Part shown: positions 24,172 to 35,700 of the stretch, in pieces | Layout of the letters: each line of letters starts with the position of its first letter | Numbering within the stretch: the first letter of the stretch is position 1 | Source: Azolla caroliniana | Lineage: Eukaryota; Plantae; Polypodiophyta | Length of the DNA: 64,000 bases | Reading direction: 5' to 3' | Assembly (NCBI GenBank): GCA_043228905.1 | Contig: JBHGNT010000010.1 | Location: 19,964,001-20,028,000 of the forward strand | Translations under genes and position numbers: made by a program | Notes under the pieces: generated by a model | Told to the model about the DNA's origin: nothing | Database searches by the model: none | Seen by the model: the letters and a program-made list of their open reading frames with translations, nothing else

Positions 24172-25609
24172 TGTCGTGAAGATTCCGGGCCATCGGTAGA
24201 AACAATGTGAAACGCGCGGGATCACTGGTGTGCACGAGTGCACACCCCTAGTGAATTAGATAGTGTAAGAACTAGGCATAAAAAAAGGGAGGTGTACTAG
24301 GTAGTTAAAGCATTAATAGGGATTCAAACATCGTGTCACTAGGGAGAGTTACGAGGAGAGCGAATCGGGGGGGGGGGGGGGGGGGGGAATGTAGGAAGTT
24401 AAAGCGACAAGGCCCTGTAACGGTCGCTCCTTGTGCTATAAAAGGGGCGACCCTCGACTGTTTTAAAGGATGTCAATTTGCTAGAGGAAGAAAAAGTGAG
24501 AGAGACAGAGGAGAAAGGAAACAGAAACAAAAGAAGGCAAGGAGTCCTACAACGTGCCACCGGAGGGCGCTTCCCCTACTCGCGTCAGACGCCCGAGTGC
24601 TCCCGACCAGGGGATCGACCTTCTGTGTGCCCACTCGTCTCCGTATCTGACTACTATAGAGCCTACGCTCGAACACCGGCACTGATCCGGTTGTAATCAC
24701 CCACAGCGCCACGCGGATATATTGATTAATAGAAGCTTATCCACCTAACGACTCACGTAAACCAAAGACTCGTCCTCCTCACTTCTCGATTCCTTAGTTC
24801 AAGACTCCCGTGGTCCTGCCCAACTTCTACGCATCCGCAAGGATTTCGTTGACATATTTGGTGATCCCGACGTGAAGAAGGGCGGCAAAGGAATCTGAAA
24901 ATGAGAGGAAGAGAACTTGCAAAAGCAATGGCGGTGGCGGTAGACCGTCTGGTTAGCGCTCGCGAGGGCACGAGTGCCCTTGACAGGGCCATAGAAGCAA
25001 CGATCGACAAGATCGGTCGGTTTAGTGGGAAAGACACCGCGAGTTACTTAGAGGCCTATAAATCTGAAATGCAGATGAGGAATATACCCAGGCCCGACGA
25101 AGCGACGAGGGTCAGCCGCGCGACCGACGACTGCCGGCCAATCAGAGGTGCATATGGTGCGACCCCACCGGACATTCCCGGAGAGATTGCGTTGACCTCG
25201 GTGAAGCACTTTAGAAGTAATGTAGTCTATCTCTCGAATGGCAGGATACATGAGAGCGACACGCGAAGATTGCTTGACGCAAATTTCGGACGAGGTGGCA
25301 TGAAGAGGCTAATGGAAGAAGCCGTGGCACAACACGTCAAAGTTGTCCACTACTCGGCTTTGGCTGGCATCCGCGTAGGCGAAAAGGTGGCCAAACCCGA
25401 TTCAAACCCTAGGTTCTGGCCAGTTATTCTCGAGACCTTGTTCGGAGGAAGGTTGTAGAAGGGAGAAGCGGAGCGCGCGGAGGAGCGTGTGCGCGAAGTT
25501 ACTGGATGGAGTGACCCTGTTGAGGAGAGCACCGGCTTTGTGGAGGCCGCGTGCAGGAACTACGAGGCCCTGATCAACGAAAGGCGAGCGGGGAAAACTA
25601 GGGGAGCGG
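24172..25609 (+). mobile_element. Family A element 5' part: LTR 24172-24854, PBS 24859-24876, internally deleted gag
   Basis: TGTCGTGAAG...TTGACA; TGGTGATCCCGACGTGAA; MRGRELAKAMA. Confidence 0.9.
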
Positions 25610-28551
25610 TGTCATGAAGAAAATCGGCCATAGGCGGATTCGGAGAGAAAGGCGCATGAACCGGCTCTTACACGGATGGACGCGTAACTTGATATTTTGT
25701 ACCCGATTCATAAACGGATCGGTGGGTGAAATACGAGGCGGCACGCATTTATTAGGGGATTGTGCGTATCTCTGTCAGACGGAGGGGAGGACAAGGAATA
25801 AAAAGGGACTTGACAAGAGAGAAGGATATCGCGCGCGAGGGAGAAGGGGAAGGGCTGCTGGAGAAGGGAAGCGGAGCTCTCTCTCCACTCCTCGAGCCGT
25901 CGTTCTCTGCGGGTCCGTCGCCGCCTGTGGGAGTGCGTTGCCTCTACTTCGTGGACAGCCCGTGTCCTTCCAGCAGAGTCGCTCCCTTTCCCCTTTGTTC
26001 CTTGGAGTCGGGTGACTGTCGTCGGTGTGCGTGAGTAGGGTCCCCGTGTCGGGTCTGTCGCCGCTTCGTCGGTTGTAACTGTCAGGGTTTGTAATCTCTT
26101 GTCGTTATAATTAAGTGTTACGATTCTATCTCTTTCCTTCTCGCTTTTCGTGTCGGTGAATCTCTCTCTGTGTCTCTCTCTCTCTCTCGTTCCTCGGTCC
26201 AAGACCCTCGTGGTCCCGCCCCTTTTCACACGTACGCGCGTAATAACGCAACATCTTTGGTGAACCCGACGTGAAAAGAGCGGCAAAGGAGTCGAAAGAT
26301 GAGGGGATCGGAGCTACCAGAGGCGATGGCGGTGGCCGTCGACCAGCTGGTGAGTGCTCGTGAGGGAACGAGTACCCTCAACAGAGCCATTGAATCGATC
26401 GTCGGCTCTATAGGCCGTTTCGGAGGGAAAGACGCCACAAGTTATTTGGAGGCTTACCGGGCCGGAATGATCATGAGGGATATCCCGGTGGACAGGCGGC
26501 TGTCTGGATTCCCTCGGGTGGTGACGCCGAGCATCCATGCGGAGGTGCTCGAGGTGCTGGCCGGATGCCAGACTTGGGAGGAGTTTGAGCTGCAGCTCCT
26601 CGAGAAGTATGGGTTTGACGACTCGCTCCGGCTGTCGAGGTGGGACTTCATGGCGTGGGTGGAAAGCCCCGAAAAAGGGAGGAACACGTCGGTGCTCCTC
26701 CAGGAGTTTGAAAAACGGTTCGCGCGGCTGTCAATGCTGGACCGGACGGTGCTCGAAACGAGTCGCGTGCTGCTATTTGTCAAGTCGGTGGATGCGCTCG
26801 ACAAGGAAAAGGTGGGTCCCCTACTGGAAACGGACGAAGGGCTCACGACGGATTGGGCCGTGGTAAAACGGGTCGGCAGCCGTTTCGACAAACGGTGCGA
26901 TTGGAGCGACGGAAGCGCGTCGGGGTCGGGGCCGGTCCCAGGGAGGAGGCTCGAGGAGCCGGTTTCGGTGCCGGCTGGGAGGAAGGAAGAGACCCGAATC
27001 TGGCCGGAGTCGGGGTCGGCATCGAATGACGTCGTCAGAGGCCCGTCCGGAGGAGCGGCATCTGGAGGAGCTAACACAGATGGTGCGCGAGCTGCAGATC
27101 GCACAGGCCCGAAGAGATAGCGGTGAACAACCTCGCGACCGGAGGCCGCCGGCTGGGCAGCAGTGCATGTGGTGTGACACGATCGGTCACATTCGGAAGG
27201 ACTGCGCGGATTTCACTGACCCGCTCAGGACCAACGTGGTGTACCTCTGGAACGGGCGGGTGCACGCGAGCGAGACCCGGAGAGCCCTGGAACTGAATAC
27301 GGGGCGCGACGGAATGAAGAGGTTGATGGAAGAGGCCGCGGCACGGCACGTCGAAGCCGTCAACTACTCGGTGTCGGCGGGAATTCGGGTCGGGGGTGAT
27401 GAAACCCGGAAGGCGAAGGACTCTGGATTCTGGCCGCTAATGCTAGAAGGCCTCTCCTGAGTTCGGCTGAGGAAGGAAGAGGCGGACCGCGCGGAACAGC
27501 GGGTCCAGGAGGTAACCGGTTGGGACGATCCGGTGGAAGAGAAAACGGGCTTCTTAGAAGCCACTTGCCAGAACTACGAGGTTCTGGTGGAGGACAAGCG
27601 AGCAGGGAAGGACGGAGGGGTCGGCCCCTCGAGGTATGAGACCCGGTTCGGACCAAAACCGACCGGTGCTGGCAACCTGGGCGCACTGGACGGGAAGAAG
27701 CAGGCGGGGTTTCGGTTGAGCACCGAGATCGAAAGGACCACAAACCTGCGAAAGTTCCTGGAGGAACGTATCCTCGACATCAAAGTGGAGTTGTCATTGC
27801 GGGAGGTGCTGGGAATCGCCAAGAGGGAGTTCCACGACTCTATCGTAGACTTCGTGAAGCGTAAGAGGCTCTCGACGGAGCCGGAACCGGAGAAGCCGGT
27901 GGAGGTGCGGACCACGCACCTGGAAGACGAAGCCCTGGAAGACGAGCTGGCGGGAAGCCACTACACGAAGTTGCATTGGGCCAGGGCGACTACGGAAACC
28001 CCTGTACGGATCGACAACGTTCTGGAACCGGTGGTGGCGTTGGTGGACCATGCATCCGAAATCAACTTGATGTCCATGGATTTCTACAAGAAGGGCAAAT
28101 AGCCAATCAACACCAAGCATGGATGGAAGATACGGGCAGCGACACGCGCCACGGAAGAACTAATGGGGCCTGTCCGAACGTACGGAAGTACTGGTGGTCG
28201 GGGCTGTACCAGGACGTGCATCGGTTCGTAACGACTTGCGAGAGTTGTCAGATGCACTCCACGGTCCGACACCGGGACGAGCTACACCCGACCTACTTGC
28301 CTACGGTCCATTTCAAGTGGATGGTGGACTTGGTGACGATGCTGATGGGGGTAGGACAGATGCGATACCTGGTGCTTGCACGGGAAGACATAACAAACCA
28401 GGTGGAAGGCCGTGCACTGCAGAACAAGACAACCGCAACGGTATGCCGGTTCTTGATCGAAGAGGTAGTGTGTCGATACGGGTGCATCGGGAAGATCGTG
28501 GCGGACCGGGGAAAGCTGGATTCGCGGGAAGCTGAGGAGCTGTTCGACCGG

Positions 28552-28595
28552 CTAGGCGTCAAACTCTAGGCGTCAAACTCTAGGCGTCAAACTCT
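28552..28595. repeat. 3 x 14-bp tandem (ctaggcgtcaaact) disrupting the integrase
   Basis: Direct reading. Confidence 0.9.
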
Positions 28596-28759
28596 CCCTC
28601 ACTATGGCGTACAATCCACAGGCGAACGGGAAGGTAGAATGTGGGCACGGGCCGATCGTAAAAGCGTTGGTGCATGCATGCGGAGGGCAGGTTGGGAATT
28701 GGCCGCGGCTCCTTCCTTACGCACTATGGGCGGACCGAACTACGCACAGTTCGGTGACA

Positions 28760-29085
28760 GGGTTTATGCCGGCAGAGCTGATGTACGGACAGAAGCCGAT
28801 CATGCCGGTGGAACGAATGGTTTCTTCATGGGCGGCGGTAGATTGGAAGGACGAGATGAACCGGGAGGAGTTGCTGGCGGCGCGGATTCGGCAACTTGAG
28901 CGGAGGCCGGAGGATGTGGAACGGGCGAAGGAAAAGCTGCGAGCGGCAAGGGAGCGGAACAAGACCCGGTTCAACTGGACGCACCGGTTGCGACCAAAGA
29001 AGATCGAGGAAGGCGACTAGGTCTTGGTATACGACAACAGCCTCGACAATCAGCACAAGGCGGTGCAAAAGTTTGCCAGGAGGTG
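28760..29085 (+). repeat. 326-bp direct duplication of host integrase sequence, second copy at 38716-39041
   Basis: Copies look identical by eye, including the same premature TAG, at a constant offset of 9956. Confidence 0.95.
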
Positions 29086-29421
29086 ATCGTTACTTAGTTA
29101 TAAATTAGGAAGCTTGCACTTAAGATCATAGACAACAGAGAAACACAGAATCCGTACAAGATATTCCTAACTTAAACTTATATTACTAAATAAAACGACC
29201 TTTCTTACAATGCCTTTGGTTCCCTTTTATAGGTATACCGAAGGTCTTTTCTCATCAAGAACTATTCCTACTCCCTAACAAGATTTACAAAATTATCTAA
29301 CTAACTTAGTTCTCTTCGTTTTACTGTTGAGTCATTGATCCGAACAGTCGATCCGAACCGACTCTGTTTTCGACGCTTTCCCACCTGTTCGGTAAAACTG
29401 ACTGTCTGGGTCCGGGTAACA
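29083..29421 (-). repeat. Extra truncated LTR copy of element B
   Basis: Near-identical to 29469-29807. Confidence 0.95.
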
Positions 29422-29424
29422 CTT

Positions 29425-29807
29425 TGTGTTTTACGAACGGAATTATGCTATATTAATCGGTAATTACCGTGATCGTTACTTAGTTATAAATTAGGAAGCT
29501 TGCACTTAAGATCATAGACAACAGAGAAACACAGAATCCGTACAAGATATTCCTAACTTAAACTTATATTACTAAATAAAACGACCTTTCTTACAATGCC
29601 TTTGGTTCCCTTTTATAGGTATACCGAAGGTCTTTTCTCATCAAGAACTATTCCTACTCCCTAACAAGATTTACAAAATTATCTAACTAACTTAGTTCTC
29701 TTCGTTTTACTGCTGAGTCATTGATCCGAACAGTCGATCCGAACCGACTCTGTTTTCGACGCTTTCCCACCTGTTCGGTAAAACTGACTGTCCGGGTCCG
29801 GGTAACA
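29425..29807 (-). repeat. 3' LTR of element B, lacking the last ~74 bp of the putative U5
   Basis: Near-identical to 38333-38715; starts TGTTACCCGG on the minus strand. Confidence 0.95.
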
Positions 29808-29851
29808 CTTGGCACGACCGTGGGCCAGGACCTTGTCCGGCGAACCCACGC
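29808..29851 (-). other. tRNA-Arg 3'-half-like structured sequence at the PPT position
   Basis: Minus strand GTGGGTTCG-CCGGACAAGGTCCTGG-CCCAC-GGTCGTG-CCA-AG-[LTR TG]. Confidence 0.65.
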
Positions 29852-30577
29852 CTATTCCTGTAGCTCTTCATCCGAATCGTTCAGAATATCAAAAATCGAA
29901 GGCTCATCTGGCCTTGGATGTATTCCACCTATATCTTCCTCTTCATCTTCGTCTGTGTCACAGTCCTCCTTCGGAGCAGGTTGTGATTCGGTTGGCTGCT
30001 CTGGTTCACTTCTTCCGGAAGCTTGAATACCAGGAGTCTTGCTGGTTCTTTCGGCTTCGATTTTATCCAACTGGACGGAAGTGCCTATATCATTTTTGTC
30101 GAATTCTTGCATAATACGTTGAATTTCTTCTCTGTAAAATGCCGCAATTTCATCCATATCTTTCATGATATCCTCTTGGATATTGTCAATATCCTTTTGT
30201 GCCATTTTAAAAAAACCTGCACCTTGTACCTGACGGTTATTTTTGTCGGCACGCAATATCTGTAATTCCGCCGCTTGTGCTGTCCATAACTTCCATCCTT
30301 GCGCAAGGGATTCATCGATCAGTTTCTTTGCTAGGTTTCGATGTTTACCTATGATGTGCTGCACTTTGTCCCTAGTGATGCTTGCGACGTATTGGGCGGT
30401 TTGCAACTCTTTCTGTAAATCCGTAATAGTGGTTCGGTTCTCACTTTCAGCTCGCATTAATTTGGATTCGACTACATATATATCCAGCCGTCTTTGTTCC
30501 GCTATCTTCCGAATTTCGTCCAGTTGTTGTTCGAATGCCGATTTCTCTCTACTCCATTCCTCCTGCTGTTCCGTCAT
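29852..30577 (-). CDS. C-terminal part of the element B extra ORF (coiled coil, acidic tail)
   Basis: In frame with 30605-32500, separated by a single TAG. Confidence 0.7.
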   Translation of the reverse strand: MTEQQEEWSREKSAFEQQLDEIRKIAEQRRLDIYVVESKLMRAESENRTTITDLQKELQTAQYVASITRDKVQHIIGKHRNLAKKLIDESLAQGWKLWTAQAAELQILRADKNNRQVQGAGFFKMAQKDIDNIQEDIMKDMDEIAAFYREEIQRIMQEFDKNDIGTSVQLDKIEAERTSKTPGIQASGRSEPEQPTESQPAPKEDCDTDEDEEEDIGGIHPRPDEPSIFDILNDSDEELQE

Positions 30578-30604
30578 TCTTCTGTTGACTTCTTCAAGAC
30601 TCTG

Positions 30605-32500
30605 CTATTTTTCTGTCAATTGACTTTCCTGTGACACTATATACCTTTCGAATTCTTCAATTTGTTCGGTATATGTATGATTGGCCGTCTTAGCTTCTTC
30701 TAGATTTTTCTGTAATTCGTTTATTACTTGATTTTTTTCTTCGAGAGCTTTGTATTGACCATTCTGAATGGTTTCTATTTGTTTTTCTAATTCTGTAGTT
30801 CTAAATACTGCATTGTTGGCCCTTGTTGTTTCTGCTTGTCGTGCTTTCTCAGCATCCTCTAATTTCTGTTGCCATTCTGACTCCGACACCATAAGCCGTG
30901 CCTGTGTTTCCCATTTGTTTAGACTTTCCTTTAGTTCTTTATTTTCTGCTTGTATGTTACAAAACTGATGCTTCAGCACCTCCGCCGATGCTGATACACT
31001 TTTGTATCTTTCAGCCATATCACTGGCTGCTTTGCGTGCCGTTTCATATTCTTTATGAATTTCGACCAGTGCTTCATGTAATGGTGGCATTTCAATAGCC
31101 TCCCCTCTATGCTGTGCACTTCTTTTCCGGCCTATTTTCTCTATCTCTGCTTTTTCTTGAGGTTCCAACACTCCTCGTAAGGCTTTCTGTATCATTATTC
31201 GGTCATTATGTTCTTGAGCCAGCCGTTCTGATACTTCTGTCAGTCTTTTAGCCAACCATTCAACCAGTTCGTATGAAGTTCCGAACTGCAAAATGGCAGC
31301 TAATTCATGTGCTGCTGGTGGGATATCCAAGTATCCATGTGCTTCCCGAATGGCTACTTTTGAAGATTGTCCTTGGTGAGGTTGTGTCGAAATGCTCTCA
31401 TCCCCTGGTTTTAGTACTTCTGTTACCACAGGCGTATTCGACTTTTCATTTGTGCGTTGCCTTTTCGGTGCTGATCCCTCACTGTTTTCTGGTTGGAATT
31501 GCCGATTAGCCTTTTGTTTAATCCTTGTTCTTTGTGTCATCTTCTCTGCTTGTTGTCGATTTTCTGTCGGCTGTTGCTTGTTTCTCAAATTGTCAACTGT
31601 TTCTGGTTGTCTGTTTTCGGAATTCTCTGGTCTAGGTGGTTCCGACTGAGACATATTTGTTTGTATATTATCGGCATGTGCCGATTCTTCTTCTATCCAT
31701 TCTTCATGTACTAGCTGTCGGTGTCTTCGTGGTGCTTGTATTATCGGTGGTCTTCTTGACTGAACAGGAGTTTCCGATTCTTGAATCGGAAACAATACTG
31801 ATAACCAACGACCAAAAATTTGCTTCATCGGTTTTCCTGTTTTTACCCCTTGTAGCTGCTCTCTCAGAGCTTCCCCCGACAATAGTGGCCAGTTGAAATC
31901 CTCTTTTTCATATGCGGCTATAATAAACCCAGCCCTTTTTTTCGGCATACAATAAAAACGAGGACTGACAAATCCCACCTCTAGTAAAAACCTCGCCACT
32001 TCATGAAAAAACTCATCCCGACCTCCATAAGTCTGATATGCTTTTGCCGAGGGTGAGTATTCCCCGAAATACGATTGGAGTGCTTCTGATGAAGGTTTTT
32101 TAACTGCCTCAAAACCTCCTCTTGGCATCTGTAATGCATTTCGTATTTTCTTTGTGGTGATTTTGGTGATGTCTATTTGTTGTACCAATTCTTCCGCCTG
32201 CGGATGAGGTTCCGCTTCTGCTACTTTGATGAAACCTTGTAAGTTTCTTTCATGAAGCCACAATCGCAGTTCTTCAGATACAGGAATCGGCATGACTTCT
32301 GTGTTTCCTTGTTCTGAATCACTTGTCGATGATAGTTGCAGATCTGCACAGTTTCTGTAGCGATGAAAATCAGAAAAACAGAGTTTGGGCGAACTAGGGC
32401 ACGAAGGAGGCTCAGACTGTTTCGATATCTGCACTCGTTTCTGTTGTTTTGGCGATACAGACGATACAGAAATATGCTTTAAAGATATTAATTTATGCAT
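30605..32500 (-). CDS. Element B extra 3' ORF: possible PMD/Transposase_28/32-like N-terminus, disordered linker, long coiled coil
   Basis: 631-aa open frame between integrase and the 3' LTR; E/K/Q-rich heptads; no clear TM segment; domain label is a resemblance only. Confidence 0.75.
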   Translation of the reverse strand: MHKLISLKHISVSSVSPKQQKRVQISKQSEPPSCPSSPKLCFSDFHRYRNCADLQLSSTSDSEQGNTEVMPIPVSEELRLWLHERNLQGFIKVAEAEPHPQAEELVQQIDITKITTKKIRNALQMPRGGFEAVKKPSSEALQSYFGEYSPSAKAYQTYGGRDEFFHEVARFLLEVGFVSPRFYCMPKKRAGFIIAAYEKEDFNWPLLSGEALREQLQGVKTGKPMKQIFGRWLSVLFPIQESETPVQSRRPPIIQAPRRHRQLVHEEWIEEESAHADNIQTNMSQSEPPRPENSENRQPETVDNLRNKQQPTENRQQAEKMTQRTRIKQKANRQFQPENSEGSAPKRQRTNEKSNTPVVTEVLKPGDESISTQPHQGQSSKVAIREAHGYLDIPPAAHELAAILQFGTSYELVEWLAKRLTEVSERLAQEHNDRIMIQKALRGVLEPQEKAEIEKIGRKRSAQHRGEAIEMPPLHEALVEIHKEYETARKAASDMAERYKSVSASAEVLKHQFCNIQAENKELKESLNKWETQARLMVSESEWQQKLEDAEKARQAETTRANNAVFRTTELEKQIETIQNGQYKALEEKNQVINELQKNLEEAKTANHTYTEQIEEFERYIVSQESQLTEK

Positions 32501-32706
32501 GATGACTTAAAGAATAGTAATTGCTATTAATGTAGGAATTAATTAGTATTCACTCTACGTGTAGTGGTTGTACTTGTTACTAATAATTATGCAATTCCTC
32601 TTTCTATTTATAGTCGATTCATACTGTTATGGCAAGATTGTATTTCTGCATTTGACAAGAACTATTGAGCGAGTTAGTTAGTTTTTTCTTTTTTTTTTTT
32701 TTTTTT

Positions 32707-35700
32707 TTACTCTTCCGTTTGAATAAACGGATTTACCGGCATATCTCCCAAATACGGTTTAAGCCGAAATCCATTTACCCATTTTGGTAAAACCTCTCCG
32801 GTTAATGATCCCAGTTGGTACGTACCATTTTTACTATTAATTATCCATACTGGACCTGTCCATCTATACCGGAGTTTCCCAGGCATAAGTCCCATTCTCG
32901 TCTGGAATACCAATACCGGTTTCCCAATTTCGAATTGCTCTTCCGATTTCCTTCGATGTCGATTTACGAATGCCTTGATTTGTCTCTGCTTGTGTTCTAG
33001 TGCTGACATTGATTGAATCCGTTCTTCTTCTAATACTAATAAAGCCTCTTTGCGTATCTGCTCCGATTCTATTTCATTTAACTTATTCGTTGCTTGAATA
33101 CGAAGTGTCGGAATTTGAAATTCGATTGGCATAACGGCTTCGAGTCCGAATGCCATTCGGAAAGGTGTTGATTTAATGGATGTTTTGTACGAAGTACGAT
33201 ATGCCCATAATGCACTATTTAACTTTTGATCCCAATCAGTACGATTTTCATTCACTGTCTTCTTTAAAATTGTTTGAATTGTTTTATTTGTCGATTCTGC
33301 CAATCCATTAGCTTGGGGATAGTAAGGCGTACTTTTCTTATGAACTACGGCATAGTAATTGGTTAATTCGTTAATTAACTTGTTAATAAAATGAGTGCCT
33401 TGATCGCTTACCAATTCTATTGGGCAACCGAATCGACACCATATATACTCATACAGGAATTTTGCTGTGGATGCTGCCGTATTGTCCCTGAGAGCTTTTG
33501 CTTCAACCCATTTTGTGCAATAGTCAGTCGCAATTATGATATATCGATTACCGGTTCTTGCAGCTGCTGGTTTGAATGGGCCAACAAAATCTAAGCCCCA
33601 TTTCTGAAATGGCTCAAGAGGTAAAACCGGTTGAAAAGGCATTCGATCCTTTTCGGTTGGTTGCCCCATTCTTTGACACAAATCGCATTTCTTACAGTAT
33701 TCGTTAGCATCTTTCATCACCGTTGGCCACCATAACCCGCTATTCCATATTTTTCTGGCTGTTGCTTCTCCTGCGTAATGACCGCCAGCAATTCCACAAT
33801 GTGACTCTGTTAATATGGCTGATTTTTCAAATTTTCGTACTGCCCTTCGCCATATTCCATCCGCTCCTTTATGATACAACATGTCATTAAATAAACAAAA
33901 ATTCCGACTTCGTACTGCAATTCTTTTTCTTTCATCTGTCGACATGTGTTCGGCCGGAATTCCTGTTGATAGAAATATCGTCATTTCGGAAATCCATTCG
34001 TCCTCTTTTTCCTCATTCACTTCATGTGCTTTTACTGCCTCCACCCGAAATAATTGAGTATCTGGAAAATCATCTTTAACCCCAACCGCTTCTTCTCCAG
34101 ACTCAAGCTGACTGAGATAGTCAGCAATCGCGTGCTGTGCTCCTGGTCGATGTATAATGTCAAATTCAAACTCTTGAAGCAATAACGTCCATCGGGCTAA
34201 CTTGCCTGTCAATTCTTGTTTGGAAACTAGATACAGTAAAGCCGAATGATCCACATGAAATGTAAATTTCTTACCCAAAAGGTAATGTCGAAATTTGTTC
34301 ACACTATATATCATTCCCAAAGCTTCTCTTTCGGTTGTTGAATAGTTTCTTTCGGCCGACGAAAGTTTCCTACTGGCATAGTATACCGGCCTATACCAGT
34401 TTGGTTCGGATAATTGCATTAAAGCACTGCCTATGGCAATGTCCGACGCATCGACGAAAACATGAAATGGTTTGTTCCAGTCCGGTGGTTGAACTACCGG
34501 AACCTTCGTCAGCATCTTCTTGAGACATTCGTACGCATCTTGTTCTATACTTGTCCATATAAAAGGAACTTTGTGTACTGCTGTGTGTAACGGAATAGCA
34601 ATGTCTGCTAGATATCTCATCATTCTACTGTGCCACCGAATTTGACCCAAAAATCTACTTAGAGCTTTAGCATTTGTTGGTGGTGTTGCCTCAATAATTG
34701 CTTTAACTTTATCTGGGTCCACTGCAATCCCTTCTTGACTGACAATATGCCCAAGTAATGTACCACTCATTACTCCGAATGCGCATTTGGCTGGATTTAA
34801 ACTAAGATGCCCTTTTCGACATTTTTCTAAACATAGCCGTAAATGCTCAAAATGATCAGCTTTCCGACTATATACTGCAAAATCATCTAAAAACACCTGC
34901 ATGAAAGCTGGAATATATTCCCCGAATATTTCCTGTATTACCCGCTGAAATGTAGCTGGAGCTGTTTTTAAACCGAACATCATGACTACTGCCACAAAGA
35001 CACCCCATTCTGTGACGAAAGCTGTCTTTTCCTGATCTTCCGGATTCATCCGTACTTGATTGTACCCACTGAACCCATCCAAGAAACTATAAATTTCATG
35101 TCCCGCTACTGCATCTAATATCCCATCTGTGAATGGCAACGGAAACGCATCCGTAATTGTCGCTGCATTCAATTTTCTATAATCCACACATACACGAATT
35201 TTCCCATTCTTTTTCGGGACTACTACTATCGGACTCAGCCATGTTGATTTTTTGACGGGTCGAATAAATCCTACTTTTAAGAGTTTATCGATTTCTTCTT
35301 TTACTTTGATAGCATAATTCGGATTCAACCTGTACCTGCGTTGTTGTACTGGCTTTGCATCTTTATGCAAATTGATTTGATGTTGACAAAAAGCGGGATC
35401 CAGACCTTTCATATCGTCAAAGGACCATGCAAAAACATCTTTATATTGTAATAGTAATGTTGTTAATGTTCGTTTGTCATTTACCGTCAAATCTCTAGCA
35501 ATCAAGATTGTTTTTCTTTCAGCATCCTCTACTCCTGCCAAATCAATCTCCTCCAACGCTGAGGCTTGCACTCTCTGAGATACCTGCAATTCCTTATCTG
35601 TAGCTTCTTGTTGCATTCGTATTTCTTTTATTGTTTGCTCATCGATTGGCACTTCTTCGTGTGAGTCTACATATGGTGTTAATGCTTGCAAAATATCTAC

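Noticed and set aside
29083-29807. DIRS split repeats or Penelope pseudo-LTRs
   Set aside because: The element encodes an aspartic protease and a DDE integrase; no tyrosine recombinase or GIY-YIG motif seen
29808-29851. A genuine tRNA gene
   Set aside because: No D arm, anticodon arm or 5' acceptor strand recognised upstream, where the sequence is ORF coding
30599-30607. Programmed stop-codon readthrough
   Set aside because: TAG CAG AGT fits the CARYYA context only partly; a C-to-T mutation is simpler
30605-32500. Envelope glycoprotein
   Set aside because: No signal peptide or transmembrane segment; mostly charged coiled coil
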